In this document: positions 23,727-36,149 of the stretch, piece by piece
Position numbering within the stretch: position 1 is the first letter of the stretch
Layout of the letters: each line of letters opens with the position of its first letter
Source: Mobula birostris
Taxonomy: Eukaryota
Assembly (NCBI RefSeq): GCF_030028105.1
Contig: NC_092383.1
Coordinates: 76,673,359 to 76,737,358, forward strand
Length of the DNA stretch: 64,000 nt
Reading direction: 5' to 3'
Made by a program: the position numbers and the translations under genes
The notes under the pieces: generated by a model
The model's input: only the letters and a program-made list of their open reading frames with translations
Told to the model about the DNA's origin: nothing
The model's database searches: none

Positions 23727-25016
23727 TAAGGAGTAGAATTAAAAGGTAGAGGGAGGGGAGAGAGCAGGAGGGGGTGGTTTCACCTATCACCTGGTGGTTC
23801 TCTCTCCCCTCTTCCCCACCTTTTGAATCTACTGCTCAGCTTTTCTTTTCTCCAGTCCTGCCAAAGGATTTCAACCCAAAACATCGACTGTACTTTTTTC
23901 AATAGATGCTGCCTGGCCTGCTGCATTCCTCAGCATTTTGTGTGTGTTGCTTGGGTTTTCAGCATCTGCAGATTTTCTCCTTGTGATTTGATCTCTTTGC
24001 GGTCTGACCAATGCCTTATATAGCCTCAGTATTATATCTTTGCTTTTATATTGTAGTCGTTTTGAAATGAATGCTTTTGTTATACCAACTCAGCCTGAAG
24101 TTAACCTTTAAGGAATCCTGTATGAGGACTTCCAAGTCCCTTTGCACTTCTGATTTCTGAATTTGCTCACCATTTAGAAAATAGTCAATGCCTTTATTCC
24201 TTCACTAAAGTACATGACCATAAATTTCCCTACACTGTATTTCATCTGTCAACTTCTTTGCCCATATTCCTAATCTCTCTCAATCCTTTTGCAGATTTCC
24301 TGCTTCCTCGCTGCTACCTGCCCCTTCATCTATCTTTGTATCATCCACAAACTTGGCCATAAAGCCATTAATTCCGTCATCCAGATCATTGACATATAAC
24401 ATGAAATGAAACAATCTTGACGAGCACCTCTAGCCACCGGTAACCAAGCAGAAATGATCCTCTTTATTCCCTTCTTGCCAGTCAACCAGTCTTTTATCCT
24501 GTCACATTGTACAGCAAAGTTTAAAATAAAGCAAATCTAAGTAATAAGCATTAGCTAACTTTAAAAAAACTCAGCTTGTGCTAGGAAAATTGGTCTGAGG
24601 AATATATATAAAACTAAAGTTTTGCAATATTATTAAATAGTCAAATGGAGAAGGGGAGGCAGTCAACTATTTTAATGACAATTCAAAATTTATAGCAATA
24701 AAGAGCTTGGATTTATATAATTAGTTTGATCTGAAAACATTCCGAAGTGCTTAACAGCAATACATTTTTCACAGAAATTTCTGGTAGTGGAGGAGCCCAT
24801 TTGGACCTTTGTGTCCATGTACAGTTGTTGTGATATCAGGAAGTATTTGCCTCAATTCATTTAGTAAGGCCACCTATATGAAAGAGAACGATATTAATGT
24901 TCTGTGTGAAAGGATGGCAGGATAAATTTTCCTATCATGCTTTAATGGGTTAGAATATTTTCAATTATTGAACTATATGTATTTGATGCAGTATTAACAT
25001 TTATTCCCCCTCACAG

Positions 25017-25687
25017 GTGGCTCTGATGAAAACGGGAAAAGTCGGAGACCTGATGAATACTTGGGCAAAAAAACAAAGAAAAAGAAGAAAAAGAAACATA
25101 GAGAAGGTGAACGACCAAGGCAGTTAAAAATGTACAATAAAGAGGTGCAGACAACCTGCGCAGGGCTCACTCGTGTTGCCCTTGATACTTTGGGTCAAGG
25201 TTCTTCTGATGAATCGAGTATAATCAACCAAGCTTCGATTAAGCATGAGGAAGAGCTCAATAGGTTGGACCTGAAAGTGAGCCATTGTCCCATCCCCTCG
25301 TGTGCACAGTTGCCATACTTATCACATAGAGACTACTGTGTCCGGAAAGGATTCTTGCGGACAGGTTCCTCTAAATTTGCCCACTTAATTCATGTGGAGC
25401 ATCAGCCAAATGGTGGTGCGCCAGTACTCCATGCCTACATGGATGAACTCTCTTTCTTGTCTCCTATGGAGATGGAGAGGTTTGCTGAAGAGTTCCTTGC
25501 ATTGACTTTCAGTGAAAATGAGAAGAGCGCAGCGCACTACGTAATGGCCATCATACATGGAGCAGCAGCCTACCTGCCAGACTTTCTGGATTACTTTGCT
25601 TTCAACTTCCCCAACACTCCAGTAAAAATGGAAATTCTTGGGAAGAAGGACATAGAAACTACAACCATCTCAAACTTTCGGTCTCAG
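25017..25687 (+). CDS. RSBN1: RSBN1 coding exon 2 (poly-Lys NLS-like tract and start of the conserved DPY-21-like region)
   Basis: Acceptor ccccctcacag ends at 25016 and donor CAG|GTAAGG follows 25687 (phase 0). The peptide DENGKS..KKKKKKKHRE..LKMYNKEVQT.CAGLTR..HAYMDELSFLSPMEMERF.EEFLALTFSENEK..YLPDFLDYFAFNFPNTPVKMEILGKKDIETTTISNF matches RSBN1 as recalled. KMYNKEVQT favours RSBN1 over RSBN1L. Confidence 0.96.
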
Positions 25688-28600
25688 GTAAGGTTTAGTG
25701 CTTTATGGTCTTTCTGCTTTTAATCAAATTTTGAAAAGTAAAATGCAATATAAGAAGACTGTAGAACTAATGCCCAGCAAAAGGTCCTGTTAAAACAATT
25801 GTAAAGAAAATCCTTAACGAATTAAAAATAATCTGTTGTGTCTGCTATAAATTTTACACCACCCTTTCAAAGCACCTCCATATTTAATTGACTTGTCTCT
25901 AAATGGTATATGTAGGGATACAAATTGTACTGTTTTGGATGTTGTTTCCTGTACAGATGGAAACTTCCACCATTTAAGTAGCATTGACTGTCAGACAAAA
26001 TGGTAATGGTGATGCCTTAGGTTCGAAGACAATTATTACCCCATAACCATCAGGCTTCTGAACCAGAGTGCATAACTTAATTTGCCTCAACTCTGAGCTA
26101 ATTCCACAACTTATAGAGACTTTGAAAGTGAGTCCTTAACTCATGTTCTTAATATTTATTATCTTTTTCTTTTTGTATTTACATAACTTGTCTTTTATAC
26201 ATTGTTTGTCTATTGTGCTTCATTGTATGTGCTCTGAATGCCCTCAAGAAATTGAATCTTAGGGTGGTATATGGTGAGATAAATGTACTTTGATAAATTT
26301 AATTTGAGCTTTGACACGTCTGCCACCTCAAGCTAAACTCTTGCCAGGCATAAACTGGCAGACTGACAAATTTCCACTCAGAGTGAAGGATGTTACCAAC
26401 TACGTTATAACGGATTACTCTCACCTATTATTTAAACTACTTCCCAAAAGTGCCCATCTAAAAATAAAAAAATATATTGGAATTATGGAAGCCCAACTGG
26501 AAAACCAAGATTTGCTCCAGTTCTTGATGCAAGTTTCTTTTAGCTTTGCTAAAATCATATGACATGACTATATTTTGTTACTCACAAAGGCATCTTGAGA
26601 GAAATAGCATCTCAACCTGTCTAAACTTTATTAGTGCATTCTTGCTGAATTTGATGCTTTTTGTTTAAGCCAATCTGCAGATTTTGTTATATCATTCTGT
26701 GGTTTCAAAGTGTGTGCAGGGGAATGTATACATTCATTGGATGTTTTATCCTCTTACGTCAAGTTAGAACACAATGTATGAAGCAAGTAGTGCAAATAGG
26801 CTCTGCAGCCCTTCATGTTGCACCATCGTTCAATAAAATAACAGCTGAGTCTTTTAACTCAGTGCCATCTTCCTGCAGTAACTGCTTATCCTTAGATTCC
26901 CTAAGATAAGGTCACTAAGGTCTGTTAATGTTATAATCCCAAATACTGGTCTTATCCTTGCAGCTTTTGAGTAGTAAAGTGCTAACTGGATACTAAACAA
27001 ATGCACAGAATTCATCCCAAGCATTTCATACTCCACTCCAGCTACTTTCTGCCTTACTCTTCGAGCCTTTATCTGCAATCCCATCTATTCCTCCTCTGTA
27101 TGCTTTTAACATATTTATTTGTTGTGCTCAGTTACTCCTTGTGGTAGCAAATTCCACATTTTTACCACTCTCTAGGCAAACATGTTTTTAAATTCTTTAT
27201 CTCCACTTGATTTCTTAATGATCATCATGCATGGGCAGTCTTTTCTCCTGCTTTACTGTGAACAGGAGCATTCACCGTGTCCATGTTATCAAGATTTTAT
27301 GACATCAGTTACAGGACTCCTCAGTCCTATCCTATATCCTTTTCATAATCTTGCAACAGAACTGTGCAGAATACTTCAAGCATGGTCCAACCATGATTCC
27401 ATGAGGGCTTCTGCAGCACATTTTTAAATTTCTGATAAGATGGTGGTGCATTTGCTGACTTTAAGAACTTTGGGTACTGCAGGTCTACATCATTAGCAAG
27501 CTGCTTGTTGGCGGAAGAGCTTGACTTGGTGTGGACCATGTTGCTGCCTGCTACAGGAAGGCATTGAAGACATTTGATTTAGTGCACGAAAGCAGTGTGC
27601 AGTATAACTGGGTGGCTGTCTTGGATATTTCTCTCGCAATCAAAAGACACTGTTGGATATTAATAAAGTAAGATGCTGCAGACTTGTTTCCCTTGTTTGT
27701 TAGTGCTGTAGACAGCAGGGGAGCTGTGCGGCCTCATTTGTAGCGAGGACTAGGCCTCAAGCCTTGGGCTTGCCTGCTGCTGCAGTCTAAGAGAGGAGAT
27801 GCCAGAAGCAGTGTAGCGTGGCTTCTATGCTCGGTTGGGAGTTGGGCTCCAGAATTTGTTCAATGGAAGTGCAAGCTGGATTGCATGCATGTGTTCATCT
27901 GCAGAATGCTGGAACTACACCACCAATTTGCAACATATGTCACTCAGGAACTTGAGCTTTTTTTTTTTGCATGACTGTAGGTTTGCTATCTTAAATGTGC
28001 TGCGTCTGTTTTGCATCTTGGCCCTGGGAGAACGCTGTTTCGTTCGGCTGTATTTGTGTATGGTTGAATGATAATTAAACTTGAACTGAACTGGAATTTT
28101 ATTACTCCAGAGGGAAACCAGAAGCTATAGCTTGCCTTCATTTAAATCTTATTGGAGTGTGTTGCAACTTATTGATAACTTGTCTCTTTGTACTTCTGGC
28201 TTTCTCTGCTTCTTCATCACACTTAGCAATCTTTGGAAGCTGGAAATACGGCAATGCTAAATAGGCTGACAATCACAATTGCGAGCATTGGGCAACAACA
28301 TACCAAGAGGAAGTATAATATTTAAAATTCTTTCTGGAAATTGGTGATTGTGTGGGACACTATGCCTTCAGGAAAATTTAGCAGACTGTATTAGCAACTA
28401 GCAAGATCATTTATTGATTTTTTTAAAAAGTTGAATTTAATTTTCAATACAGTGTATTAATGGAGTTCAGTAGTTACAGAAAACTTCAAACACCTGAAAA
28501 ACTGAAGGGAGGAGATGGATAGTTGGAAACTGTTGGTTTATCTTGTGTACTAGACATGTTGACTTTCTGCCCTTTACAAGAGATTGCCTAAAACCCTGCC

Positions 28601-28735
28601 TGCATCTCTTATGCTAATTTATGTTCAGGGTGTCTGTTAAGAGTGTATATCCATCAGTTCTCTAAAAAGGAGCCAAGATGTTCTGTTACTTAAGTACAAA
28701 GCAGAGTCCCATATAAAGCTTTGCAATCAACATCA

Positions 28736-29570
28736 TATAAGATAGATGCTTTATTGATTCCAAAGGAAATTACAGTGTCACAGTAGCATTACAATTGTAC
28801 AGATATACAAATATTAGAGAGATAAGAAAAAAAATAAAGTTACCTCGAACAGTCTAACAGGAAGGTGGTCATCACTTCCCTGGCTGTAGGTTGGCTCATT
28901 AAGAGTGTAATGCCAAGGATAAGAATGACCTTGTTTAGTGTTCTTTGGAGCAGTGCAGTTGTTACAGCTATTTCTAAAAGTGCTCCTCTGTTCAGCCAAG
29001 GTGGCATGTAGAGAAATGTCCAGAATTGCCAGGATTCTCCACCTGTTCTGCCGCAGCCTCCAGTGTGTCCATTTGACTCCTATAACAGAACCAGCTTTTC
29101 TAATCAGTTTATTGAGCCTATTGGCATCACCCATGTTGATGTCATTGCCCCAGCACAGCATCACATGGAAGATTGTACTGGCGACAACAGACCGGTAGAA
29201 CATGTGAAAGAGAGGTCTGCATACTCCAAAGGACCTCGGTCTCCTCAGGAAGTAGAGGGGGTCTGGCCCTTCTTGCACACAGCCTCTGTGTTGGCGCTCC
29301 GCTCAAGTCTGTCATTCAGGTACACCTTGTAGGTCCTCACCACATCCACGTCCTCACCATCAATATTAACGGAGCAGTGCAGGCTTAGTCTTCCTAAAGT
29401 CCATCACCATCTCCTTTGTCTTACTGATGTTGAGCTGCAAATGATTCAGCTTGCACCACTTGACGAAGTCCTCCACCAAGGCCCTGTATTCATCCTCCCA
29501 TCCTCCCTTTATGCACCCAACTATTGCTGAGTCATCAGAGAATTTCTGCCGATGACGTGACTCGGTGTCG
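28736..29570 (-). mobile_element. Rex1/Babar-type LINE 3' fragment
   Basis: Minus ORF LYFLRRPRSFGVCRPLFHMFYRSVVASTIF..CWG..DANRLNKLIRKAGSVIG, followed by an AATAAA-containing tail at ~28750. Confidence 0.8.
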
Positions 29571-32500
29571 TAACTAACCTAACGTAGATTACCCAGTAAT
29601 ACACAAATGTGGCTCATGGAAGAACAGAAGCTGACCTCAGTGCGGTATCTTAATTGGATAAACAAGTCTGGTTAGTAGCCTCCAAGATCATGCACGTAAC
29701 TGCATTCCAATGTTAACTTCCTTTCATTCTGCAACTGGCTAGGTTAACAGATTAAAAACTTTAACTTACCCAGATTGATAGATTTTTGGATATTGGAAGA
29801 GTCAAGGGATTAGGAAATTTAGATTGACGTGGAAGATCAGTCACAATCTTGGCAGAGCACGCTTGAGGATCCAAACAGCTGAATTCTTGCAATGTTTGCA
29901 ATGTTGAGTATTGTTCGGTCTGCAGTTTGCTTCTTAGCTCATCAAAAAATAGATATAATAAAGGTGGCAAAAACTATGCATTCTTTAACTTAGAAAAGCT
30001 TAGCTCTCGATCACCAATACCCAAAGCTGGGGGTGGGGGGGCGGGGAGGTGAATCTTCTCGTGCTTTCAGGATATTGCACTAATGAAAGCCGCAGAATCA
30101 TCAAAAAATTATCAGAAATCAAACAAGTATCACCCCAAAAGTGCCAATGGAATAATTCCCCGTGTGACTTTTTTCCTCATCCCAGAGGTGATGTACTGTT
30201 CATACGAGAGGGAAGTATAGGCCATTCATCTCCTTATGGGTTACACTAACATTCAACAAGGTCGTGGCTTATCTTTCTCAGCACCACCTTCCTATATCCT
30301 CTGATAGTTAAAAGTTTATTAATCCAACCATGATAAACTCTTAAAGTGAGTGTGTGCCAATTTAGTAATTTTTGTTTTTGCTGACCCCAATTTTAAACTA
30401 CAGCGAAAGGTGGTGACTATTTCACATAATTCTAAAATCATGAAATCCACTTTCTAGTTCTCTGGAGTCCAAATCATTAACATGAATGAAGAACAATTGG
30501 ATTATCAATGACTTACCAAATGAAACCTTAAAATGCTTATTGCCTCATAAATGCCGTTAAACATTCGTGCACTACAGTGTATGAGGTATTTTACTGAATA
30601 GGGGAATGTATCATCAGCTTCCATTCAATTCTTTGTCTAGCTGGCAAGTTGATCGTGAATAATAATTTTGTAAGTTAATTTTGTAGCTTACAATTTTTGC
30701 AACTTAAATAGTCAGTGAAAGCAATTACTGAAACATATTGTAACTTGCAGGTAGTTTAACCAGATTTTTAAGAGAAAACAGCACAACAGTGAAATGAAAG
30801 CTGGAAGGGTGTGTAATGGCAGTCACAAAGAATACAAACCTTTGCACACAGGACCTTTTTTTTAAAGAAATGCACTAATGGCCTCGCCTAGTACAGTAGT
30901 GGCTTTTCAGAAGATTCAATAAAGCATGTGTTCATTTTAAAATATAATCTAACCTAATGGGTTCCTTTGTAGGAGCTGCTCCCAGATTAGTGCTTGCTCT
31001 GAATAAATGAGGAAACTGGAAGGATGCCAAAGAGACTGAGTAAGCGAGTGGTTATAAATATTTGCTGAAAGTCTCACTTAGAGACTGTAACTTAGCTGTC
31101 TGACTGTGTCCTCGGGTGACGCTGTTTCTGATTAAAGACAAGGTCTTGGCAGTATCTGTTCGTTGTAAAAGGAGAGCAGCTTGCATTTGCAGTATAATCT
31201 ACCCTTTTAAACCAGTTTGTTCCGCTGTGAAACAGTAGTATGATTTGCTTTTATTACTGGCAAAACATTGTTAAGCAAATTAATTAATCTTAGTGAATCT
31301 GTTGTATTTAAGTGTGTGTGGTTGATTGTTTAGAATAAATATAATAGGAGTAGCATTATACAAAACAAAAAAGAAAACACTATCTCTTAAGTCATACTGC
31401 ACAGAAACAGGCCTGTTCTATCATGGCTGCCCATCTGTACGAGTCCCATTTACCAGCACTTGTCTTCTGAACTTCAGTGAGTCAAGTGCTTGTCTGGACA
31501 TTCTCAGACGTTGAAAGTGGCATTACTGCCACCTCAGACAATATATACCAATCTCTGGGTGAAAAATAATCATCTCATACGTTCTCTAAACCTCTTAATC
31601 CTCATGGTATTGGCACCTCTGTAATGAGAAGTTTACTGCTGCCTACCCTATTTGTGCCCTCCATAGTATCTTTCCAACTTCCATTCCCCCACACATTCCA
31701 CGCCACTATTTGGAAACATGAGGCAAATGTTATTTTTTCTTTCAGTCAAAAATAGCATGAGAACAGGCCTTTGGGTGGACAAGTCCACACTGACTATTAG
31801 CCACCTATATGCACTAATTGTAGATGAATCCATTTTTTAAATTCTCCTGACATTTTCATCAGCTCTCCCCAGACTGTGTCATGCACTGATGTATGAGAGG
31901 TAATTTACAGTACACAGTTAATCTACCAGTTAGCATTTTTTTGGATTGCCTGGGGAAACCAGAGCACCCAGAGGAAACCCCCATGGTTACAGAATGCACA
32001 AGCAACACTGGAGGGCAGGATCAAATCTAGTGGCTGGAGCCGTGCGGCTGCATCTCTGTTAGCTTCACCATCGTGCTGTCTTAATTGAAATTTATTTGAC
32101 CCTCAAAATTTTTCATTTGACCTTTGTTTGCCTGTATCTTAACAACTATACCCAGCTACCTTGCCCTCAAAGTTCAAAGTAAATTTATTATTAAAGTACA
32201 TATATGTCACAATATACATCCATGATTCATTTTCTTGCTGGCACAGTCAATAAATCCATAATAGAATAATAGTCATAATATAGTCAATGGAAGACTGCAG
32301 TATGCAAAAGACACAAACTGTGTAAATACAAAAAGAGAGAAATTGAGATTTTCATATTGTATATTGCCCACCTCCCCAATCTGTCTCATATATGTAATGC
32401 ATATTATAGAATTCCTAGAGTTATTTGCAGACATATTCCTTTAGGCTGAATTGAATTGCTCTAGGGTTTATGCTCTAAAGTACCAAAATGTTTTCCCAGT

Positions 32501-32575
32501 ATGTGGCAACACTGAGCTGCCTCCTACCACCAACTCATTTACATTATTTTAGTCTGGAAAAACACCTATAGGTAA

Positions 32576-32760
32576 AGCAAACAAAAGATGCTCGGCTGGT
32601 CAGGCAGTGCTGATGGAGGTAAATGGATGTTCAATGTTCCAGATGAAGAGTTTTAACCTGAGATGTCGAGAGAGCATTCCCCTCCGTACCTGCTGCCTGA
32701 GTTCCTCCCGCATCTTGCTTTTTGCTCCAGGTTTCAGCATTTGCAGTCTCTGGCATTTCT
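32576..32760. mobile_element. Short palindromic PLE 3'-end remnant
   Basis: The left arm (-) ends in tcaatgttc. The right arm (+) starts CAGATGA-AGAG..CCT-GAGA-TGTC and continues tgctgcctgagttcctcccgcatc. Confidence 0.6.
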
Positions 32761-35700
32761 ACCCGTAACTTTGTCTCTCATTGTATTACATTGTCTACTG
32801 TTAAACTTCTGCATCTCATGTGACTATGTTCTTATAGGCTATAGATCTAGTTTATTGTAGGCAGTTTACTCAATAGCTTAATTTAAGCTTATTGTTTAAC
32901 AGTAAAATAAAATCTACTGAGGGTTTCTTGCACCTTATCGGGATTTACTCTGTCATTAGTCTATTCCAGAAGTTTATGTATTTGCATATTATTTTATTAC
33001 ACTTAATTTTTAAAAAGTTGTGTAAATCTGCAAAGTTTATATCCTATTTGGATTGGCAATATATTTTAGGCTTCCAAATCTGACCATGGTTGTATGTAGT
33101 CTGCCTAAATCTGATTTTATTTGTATTGAGCCTATACTACATAAAATTAGCACACAGTTGCAGTTTTTGCTGAATGCTAAATTAATGCATATCACTAAAC
33201 CAATATATGACCACAATATATATTAAAATCCTGTGTAAATTCCCGCCTTTAATTTTCCACGTACTGCAATTTAAGATCTTTAGTAGAACAATATTCTGTA
33301 CATGAGAACAGAACTCAAGATGACACTTGATTCATGCAGCTCTTCATAGGTTGATAAGTAATCAATCACACTTGGCAGATGATTCTCAGACCCCCAATTC
33401 TAAAGCAGTTTTGATCTTTAGATGTTGATAAGCTTATTTTGTCTTCTGAATGAGTTGCTTTGTATTATGGGTCCTGCAGTAATGAGCAATTCCATCCAGT
33501 TAAATCCATATCTCCATGCTTTCTGCAGAAGCAAGATTGTGGAGAATTATTGGTAGTTAAATAGAAGTATCTATTTCAACAGCTTGAAATCAAGTTTTAT
33601 TTAAATGGTCATGGTTATTGTCACAAGTGAATGCTTTAGAAGTTTATACAAATAAATATCTGTTTGCTCTTTAAAATGTTATTGACATTATATTGGCAAT
33701 GAAGGTATCTTAATGTGTGACGAGCTGCGTTTATCAATGCCTAGGTTGCTAGAGAACCTGCCAAGAGCAAGTGTTAACCTCTGTATACAGTGCTGGATAG
33801 AATGAGGATACAGAAGATGGCCTTGAAACCCTAGATTTTGTAAATGTCAATAAGATTCTCTGTCCATTTTGACCCTGTTTTTATTCAGTAACGAGTCTTT
33901 GTTTCCCTATACAGTATATCAAAAATCTGCCAGTATCACTTTTGAAAATTTCAATCGTTCGCAGCCATTTGAAGGAGAGTGTTTCAGAATTGCACTTTTC
34001 TGTTTTGCTGAATTCATTCCTGAATGGCACGTAGTCATACAACACTGAACAGGTCATTTAGCCCTTCTGGTCCATACTGATCAAGATGCACAACCAAGCT
34101 AATCCCATTTGGTTGATACCCTTTTGAACCATAACTTCAGTATTAGTATGTGCTTGTTCCAGATATAACTAGGAAAATATTTCTCTGTGCTATCTCTATT
34201 TATTTCTTGCATCTGTTAAAAGACTTTGATTATGCTACCCCACATTCTTTTAAACTCTGTGGAACAAAGCAAAGATTGTGGACTCTATTCTCAGTTTAGC
34301 TTTCTAAATCGTAGATCTCTGGACTTCACATAGTGTCGTCCTGCAGAGCACTAATTCATTAGCGTGCCCTTGGTGCTTCAGTCTAAACGTTTGCCCTTGT
34401 ACTTCTAATTAGACATCTGGTCACGCAACGTGCAGCAGTATTGCGAACATGGTGTGAGCCCCTGTGGTCCTTGTTGCTGTATCCTGCTGTGCTGTGGCAT
34501 TGGCCTCTACCGGCACTCTCCCAGCAATGAATATCCCTATAGTTTGCCATGGAGTGGTAGCATGAGAGAGCAAGAGCTGGGCGGGCTGTACCCTAGACAC
34601 TATGGTAAGTGTGGGCCAGAAATGGACATGAGCAGTGGCTGCTTGGGTCCTGCAGTCCTTCTCTTTCTCTTTTGAATGCAGTTAAATCTATCATCTACCC
34701 CTCTTTGTGCCACTGCACAACTCCTCTCCAGTCCAGAGATTTCCTTTTGTTGAAATCTTGCTGGGCAGAACTACACAAGCAAGGAGAATGGTAGCTTCTG
34801 TCATGTCCAACAGGAATTGATGGGCAGCCACAGGACTTGAGCTGATGGAAATAAATGGAACAGGTGTTGCCATGGCCCAGGCTCAGTGAGCCTGCCAAAG
34901 TGCTAAGTGACCACATTGCTCATGCTGGACCACCGAAAACCAGCCCTTTAAGGCATCAAGCTGTGGGATGGATCATCATGGATTGACACCAGGTTTCTAG
35001 CACAGTTCCACGCAGCATTGCAGAGAGTAAGAGTTCGTGCAAGGTTCCCAGCAGAGCGGCACTACCAGTAATGCATCTCTCTATAAATAATAACAGGATT
35101 ACCTACTTTATTGCTTATTCCTCTTTCCTCAGAACACGTCCTGCATACCAACTGAGATACAAGGGTATTATTCTCACTGCATCTTCTCCAAGGGCAATAT
35201 TTCCTACTGTCTAGAACTGGGCAATACTCCAGATGTGTGCATCCAAAGGCTCTGTACTGAACTCAATTAGATCATCATTCATTCTTCAGAGCAGACATCA
35301 GACAGTCAGGTTTTTATCTTGTCATTGTGGCAGAGCATTTCTTGGAGTGTTTCTTTCTTTAATTTCCTGGCTAGTTGTTTGAAGAGTAGCTGCAATTTTT
35401 TTTCAATTCTTTCTTCCAGAGTCAGTATCCATATGCTTTGGCTGACTCCTTTCAGCTGACATGGGGCTATACATGCTGTGATTTCTATCAGTCATCATCA
35501 ATCTTAGTTCTACAGGCCCTGAAGTTATGACTCTCAGTTTGTGCTGAGTTGCAGTCAGTAATGCTGCTTTGCAGATGGGACATTAATAGGCTCCTCTGCT
35601 TTTTTTTGGGTGGATAGGAAAACCCTTCAATGCTATATTCTTACAGTAGAGCAGCTCATTTATCCCTGGTACCCTGGCCAGTATTTTTTCTCAACAAGGA

Positions 35701-36149
35701 TCACTAAACCAGCGAGGTAGCGTAAAGCCCAGGAGCTGGCTCTTTGGCCTTTCATTTTTGCGTCAGCTTCTCCGAAATCAATTGGCCCTATTCCTTTCTA
35801 CTTTCTTCATGGCCTATTTGGTTCCCTTTTTGAACATTCTGGCTGAATCTGCTTCCACCACCCTTTGTAGGAAGTTTATTGCAGGTCATGGCAATTTGCA
35901 GAACAAATATAAATTATTTCTATTGTCTCTTGCTCTTATGTTCCAAAAATATCCTCTGCCACTGGGGGGAGAAAAGTTTCCTTTTATTTAGTGTATCAAA
36001 AGCTTTCATGATCTTGTATATGTGTCCTTACTGCTAAAAAGTCAACTGCAACTTTTCAATGACTAATATTCCTTCACTCTAGTCCATTTTGGTAAATCTC
36101 CTTCATGACTACTCAAAGGAATTGGAAATGTACAATGATCAAATCATTA

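Larger units (their letters stand above)
21921..23985. mobile_element. Short palindromic PLE-derived element: left arm 21921-22051 plus 23741-~23770 (-), right arm ~23775-23985 (+), each with a decayed hammerhead
   Basis: The arms are reverse complements over ~150 bp (gcaac-cacacaaaatgctg...ttggcaggactggag...agtaga-t-aaaaggt). Confidence 0.8.
21430..24490 (-). mobile_element. CR1 3' fragment split by PLE insertions (pieces ~21430-21920 and ~23998-24490)
   Basis: caaaactgctcacaatact| resumes as |tgcggtctgaccaatgcctta across the insert, as expected for a contiguous CR1 (compare the + copy at ~53755-53815). Confidence 0.8.

Noticed and set aside
25061-25723. ORF-track start (TTG 25061) and C-terminus VRFSALWSFCF*
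   Set aside because: This is an internal exon with boundaries 25017 and 25687; the tail is intron read-through.
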